Program-made: the position numbers and the translations under genes
Assembly (NCBI GenBank): GCA_964413645.1
Contig: CAYPSA010000003.1
Location: forward strand, 19,328 to 83,327
Direction: 5' to 3'
Length of the DNA stretch: 64,000 bases
Source of the DNA: an uncultured Gammaproteobacteria bacterium
Lineage (GTDB): Bacteria; Patescibacteriota; Microgenomatia; UBA1406; HO2-37-13b
Shown: in pieces, positions 27,542-34,556 of the stretch
How positions within the stretch are numbered: position 1 is the stretch's first letter
Layout of the letters: the number at the start of each line of letters is the position of its first letter
Notes under the pieces: model-generated
What the model saw: only the letters and a program-made list of their open reading frames with translations
Databases searched by the model: none
What the model was told of the DNA's origin: nothing

Positions 27542-28237
27542 ATGCAAATTTTACTAAATACAAAAAAAATGATTGCCCTAATTATGCTCATGGGAGGAGT
27601 TTTTTTTGTGTCGGGTTCTTATACTTCTGTGCGTGCCGCGACGCTTTTGTTTGACCCTGCGACAGGGAATGCAGCAATCGGAGAACCTATTGAACTGGGT
27701 ATCGTTGTTAATGCGGGGTCTGATGAGATTTTGGCAGTAGACGCGCAAGTTCGATACGATAAGAATTTTCTGGAAGTAGTAAATTGTGTTGATGGCACCT
27801 ATTTAAAAGTTGCGCGAACTGATTTTGGAACTCCAGGCCAGGTATATATTGCAGGAATTGTTGAAGATCCCGGAAAACCAGTTACTGGAAGAGGAATAAT
27901 GGCCACATGCACATTTAAGGCAAAAGGGAACGCAACAACTAATATTACCTATGCATGTACTCCCGGAGAAACCGCCAGTGATTCAAATGTAGCTAAAAAT
28001 AATGCAGATGCAACCGACGTAATTCAATGTCCTGACAACGGAGTTGCGGTGATAACTGCCGGCACCGGAGTAGGTGGTGTTCCTACGGCTACTCCTTCGG
28101 GAACCATAGGTGGAACGGGTAACGTTCCTTCAGAACTTCCCAGAACAGGTATTATAGATGAACTTATGAAATTTGCAGTTCCCGGTGCTATACTTGTTGC
28201 TATTGGCTTGGTAAGTAAGGTGCTTTTGCGACTATGA
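27542..28237 (+). CDS. secreted cohesin-domain protein with an LPXTG-type cell-wall sorting signal
   Basis: It has a signal peptide ending VRAAT. The cohesin signature is IELGIVVNAGSDEILAVDAQVRYDKNFLEVVNC and GIMATCTFKAKGNATTNITY. The C-terminus carries LPRTG (28136-28150), a hydrophobic helix and the tail KVLLRL. Confidence 0.7.
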   Translation: MQILLNTKKMIALIMLMGGVFFVSGSYTSVRAATLLFDPATGNAAIGEPIELGIVVNAGSDEILAVDAQVRYDKNFLEVVNCVDGTYLKVARTDFGTPGQVYIAGIVEDPGKPVTGRGIMATCTFKAKGNATTNITYACTPGETASDSNVAKNNADATDVIQCPDNGVAVITAGTGVGGVPTATPSGTIGGTGNVPSELPRTGIIDELMKFAVPGAILVAIGLVSKVLLRL

Positions 28238-28857
28238 ACAACGAAAAATTAATCAAATGGGCAGCTGTCGGGGTTGGTTTGGTAATTTCTTTGGCTGTTG
28301 TGTGGTTTGGTTTTTCATTGGTTAGTCAGCGATTTGGTAGGGCAGCCGACTTGAATATTTCAAATTTTAATTGTGAGCCAACAGGGGAAAATACACTATT
28401 GGTAACATGGGAAGATTCATCCAAGGATAAAGGGGCTGTGTATTATCGCCCCGCAGGAACGAGTAATAATCTGATTAGTCTTGAAGAATCTACACCGCAA
28501 GAAGGTAGTTCGGGGAATATGCACGAGGTCACACTCAGCTTGCTTACTCCAGGGACTACGTATGAGGTGCAAGTGGGAGCAGGTGATGAGACTGATGATG
28601 AATCTCATTCATGCAGTACTAAAGGAGCAACAAGCGTAGATACACTTCTTCCAACTTCATCTCCGGCTCGACCCACAACATCGCCCGCACCCACAACTGC
28701 TTCAAAATTAAGCGTCGATGAAATTAAAGATCGACTTCGAGATGGAACATTTAAAGATGGAGAAGATTGCGCGAGTTCTTCACAAACGACTGCGCTTGAC
28801 TGTGCTAAAGCGGCTCGAGCATTGTATGCTCCAGCAGGGAAATCGCTGAGTAACTGA
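28234..28857 (+). CDS. membrane-anchored FN3-like domain protein
   Basis: It has an N-terminal TM helix. The FN3/PAP-N-like module reads NTLLVTWEDSSKDKGAVYYRPAGTS...HEVTLSLLTPGTTYEVQVGAG. A P/T/S linker and a small Cys-containing C-terminal domain follow. Confidence 0.55.
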   Translation: MNNEKLIKWAAVGVGLVISLAVVWFGFSLVSQRFGRAADLNISNFNCEPTGENTLLVTWEDSSKDKGAVYYRPAGTSNNLISLEESTPQEGSSGNMHEVTLSLLTPGTTYEVQVGAGDETDDESHSCSTKGATSVDTLLPTSSPARPTTSPAPTTASKLSVDEIKDRLRDGTFKDGEDCASSSQTTALDCAKAARALYAPAGKSLSN

Positions 28858-28916
28858 TAATATATCATTCTGATCTGGCAGCTTACAGAGAAAGGAATCT
28901 GGGTGTTATGGTATAT

Positions 28917-29213
28917 TTATGCCTGGATAGGTTCTGGAGTTTTGGTTGCAGGAGCTTTAACATGAGCTAGCATTACGATTGGTTTTTTGTCTTCTGAAAC
29001 GTCTTTTTTGACTCGTTTAATACACTTGGTACACATTTTTACGGATAATTTAACGTCTTCCAAAATAACACTAACCCGTTGAAGGTTTGGTTTGAAAGCT
29101 CGTTGGGTTTTAACCGCTCTTTTTTTCCAGCGTCCTCCGGCAACACCTCGGTGGTGAGTGTGTGAACGACCCATGACGGTGCCTTTGCCGCAGACGAAAC
29201 AAATGTTATTCAT
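28917..29213 (-). CDS. rpmB: 50S ribosomal protein L28 with a C-terminal extension
   Basis: MNNICFVCGKGTVMGRSHTHHRGVAGGRWKKRAVKTQRAFKPNLQRV matches L28. The start is taken at the ATG at 29213. Confidence 0.85.
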   Translation of the reverse strand: MNNICFVCGKGTVMGRSHTHHRGVAGGRWKKRAVKTQRAFKPNLQRVSVILEDVKLSVKMCTKCIKRVKKDVSEDKKPIVMLAHVKAPATKTPEPIQA

Positions 29214-29260
29214 AATTTGATTACTGTATAATAACATAATTACCCACGTAAATCAATGAA

Positions 29261-29911
29261 ATGTTACTTTCAACTCTTTTTCAAAGCCCACTATCATTCG
29301 TAATTTTTGTAGGAGTACTGCTTATTACGCTCGCGGTGCACGAATATGCACACGCTCGCGCCGCAGAAGAGCTTGGTGACCCAACGGCTCGACTTATGGG
29401 ACGTTTGACTCTTAATCCACTTGCGCACCTTGATCCAATCGGTTCACTCATGATCTTATTGGTCGGCTTTGGATGGGGGAAACCGGTACCTTTTGATCCG
29501 TATAACTTAAAAAATCCCCGTAAAGATAGCGCAATAATTTCGATTGTAGGTCCGATATCGAATTTTGTTATGGCAATTATCGGAGCAGTTTTGCTTCGGG
29601 TGCTTATGAGCGTAGATATGGGAGTTTTGTCGTCATTGGCAATTTTAGTATTGCCATTTTTTATTCAAATAAATTTAGTCTTAGGTTTATTCAACCTTCT
29701 CCCGTTTGCTCCACTTGATGGTTTTAAGGTGGTTGCGGGAATTATTCCAGAAGATCAGACGAGAGAATGGTATTCACTTGAAAAATATGGGTTCTTGTTT
29801 TTGCTAGCGTTCATTTTGCCGCTTATGGGTAATCGTTCGATGCTTGATATTGTTCTTGATCCGGCAGTGAGTTACTTCTATAACCTCTTGGTTCCTCGCC
29901 TGGCTTTCTAA
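29261..29911 (+). CDS. site-2 protease family (M50) membrane zinc metalloprotease
   Basis: HEYAHARAAEELGDPTARLMGRLTLNPLAHLDPIGS contains the HExxH motif. The protein has multiple TM helices and an LLPFAPLDG motif. Confidence 0.8.
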   Translation: MLLSTLFQSPLSFVIFVGVLLITLAVHEYAHARAAEELGDPTARLMGRLTLNPLAHLDPIGSLMILLVGFGWGKPVPFDPYNLKNPRKDSAIISIVGPISNFVMAIIGAVLLRVLMSVDMGVLSSLAILVLPFFIQINLVLGLFNLLPFAPLDGFKVVAGIIPEDQTREWYSLEKYGFLFLLAFILPLMGNRSMLDIVLDPAVSYFYNLLVPRLAF

Positions 29912-29913
29912 TA

Positions 29914-29955
29914 CAACCTAAGAGGTTGGACAGGCACGGTCAACCTAAGAGGTTG
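29914..29955. terminator. two tandem copies of the hairpin CAACC-TAAGA-GGTTG between convergent genes
   Basis: caacctaagaggttg occurs at 29914-29928 and again at 29941-29955. Related hairpins lie at 52675-52690 and 58141-58184. Confidence 0.45.
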
Positions 29956-29967
29956 CCAAATTTATCC

Positions 29968-30501
29968 TTAGAAAGTAACGAGCTCTCCATCTTCTTCGCG
30001 GTATAATGTGTGTCCCTGCTCAAGTACGCGCTTCGTAAACAGTATTCCATTTAAATGGTCCATTTCGTGCTCAATAATCGTAGCTTCAAAGCCAGAAAAC
30101 GTTTCGGTTTGGGTTTTATTTTCCAAATTTGTATACTCCAAAACAACTTTTTTTGAGCGAACTACTTTCCCCCAAATGCGGGGAATTGACAGACATCCTT
30201 CTAGGCGCGAGGTTTCATCACTTTTCGGCTTTTTGGCAGTTTCGCTCTGCGCGACCTGTGTAGATGGGACAATCTTTGGATTAATAAACGTTTTTACGGG
30301 TGCTTTTTTATCTTTTTTGATAATAAACAGCCGAATTCCTTCATTAATTTGTGGTGCCGCAAGCCCGACTCCTTCCGGATCGCGTTGAGCTAGTAACGTT
30401 ATAACCATGTCATCTACCAGTTTTTTAATTTTTGCATCAATTTTTTTAACCGGCTTTGATGGTGTGGCTAAAACGGTATGTGGGGCATGAACTATTTTCA
30501 T
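29968..30501 (-). CDS. def: peptide deformylase
   Basis: All three PDF motifs are present: GVGLAAPQI, EGCLSIP and HEMDHLNG. Confidence 0.95.
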   Translation of the reverse strand: MKIVHAPHTVLATPSKPVKKIDAKIKKLVDDMVITLLAQRDPEGVGLAAPQINEGIRLFIIKKDKKAPVKTFINPKIVPSTQVAQSETAKKPKSDETSRLEGCLSIPRIWGKVVRSKKVVLEYTNLENKTQTETFSGFEATIIEHEMDHLNGILFTKRVLEQGHTLYREEDGELVTF

Positions 30502-33413
30502 AATCTCTTAGTTATTATACTAATTCCGATGACGGCAATAGCTGCAAAACCGACATACTCTAATAGTTGTGGCCAGAAAAATACCCGAACACTTCCATTT
30601 GAATTTGCTGGAACAACCCAGCCGTTCGCCCAGTTATTGATTTTTACATGGTTTTTAAGCTCTTGACCGTTTAAATATGCCTTCCAGCCACGATCATATG
30701 CCTGGTTATACACAATAGTTTTTGTATTCTTATCACTGCTCGCATGAGCGAAATACAGCGCTTTTAGTTGTTCAAGGGGCATATGGTATACCTGCAAGCT
30801 AATCAAGGCGTTCTCGCTATTTAAACCCACATGTGAGTTATTCAGGAAACCAAGGGTATAACCTCTGTCATAACGATTTCCTGAAGGTAATATGTAGTAT
30901 TGTGTATCTGAACTTAAACGATCTTCTATTACCGTGTTTCCGGTAGTAATATTTTGTGCGTAAAAGAACAATCGCTGGCCAGAAACATGCTCATTTTCCA
31001 CTTTAACAATGTATGCCTGATCGTGGGCTATGTCAGGAAGGGAATAAGTAATGCAGACTGTTAACTTGAGACATTGGACAGGCTTAGCACCAGTGGTATC
31101 AATGGTCACGTATGAATGTTTTTGAAATGAAATTGTCAGCGTTTGTTCCTGTATAGCGCCTTGCAGTAATGATGTATCAGTTGTCGAAAACAGAGAGTAC
31201 TTGTCGGTGTTAAACGGTAATTGCGTTGATAATGAAAATGTATTAGGATTTTCGGTAAGTTTCCACGTTGGTGGGTTTATGTTTTTTTGGCTAAACAGGT
31301 CTAAAAACGGGTAGTAATAGTCATAATTCTCCTTATTGGCAGAGAGAGGACTTCGGTAATCTCCTAGAGAGGCATACGCAGAATCATCGTTCGTAATCGC
31401 TCTGTCGGGTCCAATCACAGGTAAATTCTGTATACGCGTTACAAAGGGAGCGGCGTCTATTACTTTGTAGATCGAGATCGTGCCAAATGATTTTTCAAGT
31501 TGCACTAATTCATTTGAAGCTAAAAGTTCCTTGATTTTGCTTGTCAAAAATGCTTTCTGGTGGGTCGAGGAGGCAAGTACACTCTCATCAACCAATAGGT
31601 AGTGTATATTGTATTTTTTAAGAACAGCTGTTACTTTTGGGGCTTCTCCTAAAGCCAGAGCCTGCTTCATTTCCCACAAATAACTCTCGCTATGTGCACT
31701 CCATACATCAAACGTAGGCGACACAATGGGCTGCTCAATTCCATACCATAAAAAACCAGATCCGGAATATCCCCAGGAATAGTGATACCATCCCCAGAAT
31801 GAATCTTGGGGCAACAGGGCAATGCGACTTTCCTTTGGAACGGCTTGAAAATATTTCATAGTTTGGAAATAGTCGTTTGGAATTTTTACGCGCACATGAT
31901 CGGAAAACAGGTTTCCGGTGAAAACAGGGAAGGAGACGAAAATAAGGAGCATGGTAATAAGGTAAAAAGGAAGTCTTGTGTCATTTCGAACGAAGTGAGA
32001 AATCTCGGATAGTTGAGATGGCTGAGATTTCTCGCCTACGGCTCGAAATGACAAAGGATCGTCTCCAGAGAGGCGGCTTAGAATGACAGCGAGTCCATAC
32101 ATGAAAAAATAACTCGAAATGAGTGCCCAGGGAATAGCAAATTTTGTAAATGGCGCACGGAACATTTGGGCAATGAAGCTATTTCGGGAAATAAGCTCGT
32201 TCAACTGAGAAAATATAGGTGTATTTGAAAGCAGCGCGACGGCGCATAGAAGCCATATTCCTAAAAATGGCGCACGATACGCACTTTTGCGAGTTATTCC
32301 AAGCAAAATGATGGCGAAAATGCCCCATGTGGCGACTATGGTCACAGGGTTTTCCAAATGCTTGCTCCATGGTTCAAACAGGAGTTTTTGATCGGTTCCA
32401 TTTAAGTCGTAATAAAAGCTCTTAAACGTGGCAAATGAAGAAATATCTCCTCGAGCTTTGTTTTGTACTTGAACATCTTGCGTGGCAAGTTGATTGATTT
32501 TGGCATTAGCTACCGTTTGAGAACCACCATTTATTAGAAAGTACGCTTGGGGAAGAATCCAGAAAAGGTTGGCGATGATGATAATAGCAAACATTGCAAA
32601 GAGAGTGCGAAGGCGAGGAATACTCTCCGAGCTCCGGGGGCTCGTAAATAGGCGCCATGTTCCAATAACTCCTAACACGAGCATGTACACGACAAACAAC
32701 GTTTGTACATAAAAGCTCGGCGTTGCTAACAAGTTGATTAAAAATAAGAGAAAGTAGGGTGATTGGAAAAGGGAGAATTTTGTGTCATATCGACCGCCCT
32801 GTGGGCGAGGAGAAATCTCGGATAAAGTGCGTAAGAATATCCATATTAACCAGGGAAGGGAAGCAAAGAAAATTGAAAAAGGTTCAAATGGAAGGAAGAA
32901 AAGTTGAATGGTGGCAAAGTTAAGGAGGTAAAAAAGAGATCCTGTGAAGGCTAAAGGTTTGTCATTCTGAGGGAGAGAATCGACCCGAACCTGCCTGCCG
33001 GCAGGCAGGGAATCTGGGTGTGAAAACGTAACACCGAGATTCCTCGTTTCACTCGGAATGACAGCTGCGTCATGCTCGAGGAGCTTAAACATACCAAGCG
33101 CGCCCACGGCCAACATTCCAATATGAACAACATATCGAATTAGGCTCTGCGGAAGTATAAACGACAGTACCCATACGCCAATCGCTCTCAATAAGTCACT
33201 CGCGTGTGCCATGCCTCCAACCAGTCCAAAACTCTGATATTCTTGCCATACGGCAAAAACCGCTCGCTTCACTCCTAGTACAGGAGCAAGTTCTGTTTGT
33301 AAGTTATCCCATCCGGTCAAATACGTTCCAAAACGGTAATTTACTAGTCCAATAATGGCTACTACAAGGATAAGTAAAAATTGATACCAGTATATTTTTA
33401 GTAAGTTTTTCAT
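30498..33413 (-). CDS. large polytopic membrane protein (971 aa), possibly a GT-C-type glycosyltransferase
   Basis: About 12 or more TM helices occupy the N-terminal two-thirds, followed by a soluble C-terminal domain. It is translationally coupled to an upstream GT2 gene and to downstream def through ATGA overlaps. Three loop segments are encoded by dispersed repeat copies. The functional assignment is weak. Confidence 0.55.
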   Translation of the reverse strand: MKNLLKIYWYQFLLILVVAIIGLVNYRFGTYLTGWDNLQTELAPVLGVKRAVFAVWQEYQSFGLVGGMAHASDLLRAIGVWVLSFILPQSLIRYVVHIGMLAVGALGMFKLLEHDAAVIPSETRNLGVTFSHPDSLPAGRQVRVDSLPQNDKPLAFTGSLFYLLNFATIQLFFLPFEPFSIFFASLPWLIWIFLRTLSEISPRPQGGRYDTKFSLFQSPYFLLFLINLLATPSFYVQTLFVVYMLVLGVIGTWRLFTSPRSSESIPRLRTLFAMFAIIIIANLFWILPQAYFLINGGSQTVANAKINQLATQDVQVQNKARGDISSFATFKSFYYDLNGTDQKLLFEPWSKHLENPVTIVATWGIFAIILLGITRKSAYRAPFLGIWLLCAVALLSNTPIFSQLNELISRNSFIAQMFRAPFTKFAIPWALISSYFFMYGLAVILSRLSGDDPLSFRAVGEKSQPSQLSEISHFVRNDTRLPFYLITMLLIFVSFPVFTGNLFSDHVRVKIPNDYFQTMKYFQAVPKESRIALLPQDSFWGWYHYSWGYSGSGFLWYGIEQPIVSPTFDVWSAHSESYLWEMKQALALGEAPKVTAVLKKYNIHYLLVDESVLASSTHQKAFLTSKIKELLASNELVQLEKSFGTISIYKVIDAAPFVTRIQNLPVIGPDRAITNDDSAYASLGDYRSPLSANKENYDYYYPFLDLFSQKNINPPTWKLTENPNTFSLSTQLPFNTDKYSLFSTTDTSLLQGAIQEQTLTISFQKHSYVTIDTTGAKPVQCLKLTVCITYSLPDIAHDQAYIVKVENEHVSGQRLFFYAQNITTGNTVIEDRLSSDTQYYILPSGNRYDRGYTLGFLNNSHVGLNSENALISLQVYHMPLEQLKALYFAHASSDKNTKTIVYNQAYDRGWKAYLNGQELKNHVKINNWANGWVVPANSNGSVRVFFWPQLLEYVGFAAIAVIGISIITKRL
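31980..32088. repeat. dispersed repeat cluster inside the coding sequence
   Basis: The cluster reads gtcatttcgaacgaagtgagaaatctcgg...gagatttctcgcctacggctcgaaatgacaaagg...ttagaatgaca. It is translated as LSGDDPLSFRAVGEKSQPSQLSEISHFVRNDT. Confidence 0.85.
32784..32819. repeat. dispersed repeat copy inside the coding sequence
   Basis: The copy reads gtcatatcgaccgccctgtgggcgaggagaaatctc. It is translated as EISPRPQGGRYDT. Confidence 0.7.
32961..33063. repeat. dispersed repeat cluster with the perfect palindrome, inside the coding sequence
   Basis: The cluster reads gtcattctgagggagagaatcgacccgaaCCTGCCTGCCGGCAGGCAGGgaatctgggtg...gagattcctcgtttcactcggaatgaca. It is translated as VIPSETRNLGVTFSHPDSLPAGRQVRVDSLPQNDK. 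Confidence 0.9.
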
Positions 33414-34303
33414 AATTCAAATGCCAATCGTTCTTTTGCAGGAGCGCTATGGTATTTTGCTAGTGTAAAAAAAGGTGTAGAATGACGCATGTTTTTATAG
33501 AGCCATAAGATTGTTTTTTCGGGAAGAGTTAAGATTAATAATGACTGTAAAAAAGTACTGCAAATTCCTAAAACTGTTGGGCGATAGCCATAATAAGCTA
33601 CTGCTTTAATGCGACTCAAAAGCGTAAGGAGGAATGTTTGTTTGATATTTGCAAAAGATGTATTGTTGCTATGGGTTCGATACTTCAATAATACGTCGGG
33701 CATATTTTCCACTTTTCCGTAGCTAAATAATTTAAAGAATAGCTCAACTTCTTCAGCGGTGTTGAAGCCGTTTTCATATAGAATTACGTCTTTGGGAAGT
33801 CGTTTAAGTGCGATCATGAGGGTGGGTTGTTGAATTGGAATAAAGGTAAAAATATATGCTTGGATATCTTCGAATGAAAGAGGGAAGTTTTTCATACCAA
33901 CTCGTCGGCCCTTTTCGTCGATCATAATACATTGACCCCCAACAGCAACTGTTTCCTTGTTTTTGCGAAGGTATTTAAGCTGTTTTTCAAGTCGGTGAGA
34001 ATCGGCAATATCATCGCCGTCCATGCGGGCAACAAATTTTGTAGTTACATGAGAAAGTGCCTTGCGCATAGATTTAGAAACTCCCTGATTCGTTTGGTTG
34101 CGGTAAATGTGAATTCGTGGATCACGTTTAGCGTAACGGTTCATGATTCTCCAGGTAGTATCTGTTGAGGCATCGTCGACGATAATAAATTCGAATCTAT
34201 GATACGACTGACGAAGAATACTTTCAATTGCTTCTACGAGAAAGCCGCCTGCATTATATACAGGCATAACAACGGAAACGATTGGTTTTTGATTTTTTAT
34301 CAT
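33410..34303 (-). CDS. family 2 glycosyltransferase
   Basis: VSVVMPVYNAGGFLVEAIESILRQSYHRFEFIIVDDASTDTT is a GT2 signature, with the motif DGDD further downstream. The start is trimmed to the ATG at 34303, and the alternative at 34339 lies in the GC-rich flank. Confidence 0.85.
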   Translation of the reverse strand: MIKNQKPIVSVVMPVYNAGGFLVEAIESILRQSYHRFEFIIVDDASTDTTWRIMNRYAKRDPRIHIYRNQTNQGVSKSMRKALSHVTTKFVARMDGDDIADSHRLEKQLKYLRKNKETVAVGGQCIMIDEKGRRVGMKNFPLSFEDIQAYIFTFIPIQQPTLMIALKRLPKDVILYENGFNTAEEVELFFKLFSYGKVENMPDVLLKYRTHSNNTSFANIKQTFLLTLLSRIKAVAYYGYRPTVLGICSTFLQSLLILTLPEKTILWLYKNMRHSTPFFTLAKYHSAPAKERLAFEL

Positions 34304-34556
34304 GGCAGTGCCTCTGGACACAATCGAGATTATGTCCATAGGAACTGCCCGAAGTGGTGATGAGGATTGACGAGGTGTCAAACCAAACCATGATCCACTT
34401 CGGGCGGGGGTTCTCTGCAAAAGCAGCGGGCGTATGGCAAACGTGAGCCATAGCTTACTGCGAAAGCAGCGGGTTTACGAAGGTTACTCCTTTTGAACTA
34501 GATGTTCAGATAGATCCAGGTAGGATCTGTGCGTATCGGCGGCTTTGGGGCAGCGT

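Noticed and set aside
34254-34451. A 65-aa ORF and the N-terminal extension of the GT2 gene (34304-34420) in the left flank of island A.
   Set aside because: They lie in the GC-rich non-coding flank. The GT2 homology (VSVVMPVYN...) begins just after the Met at 34303, and the composition switch coincides with that start.
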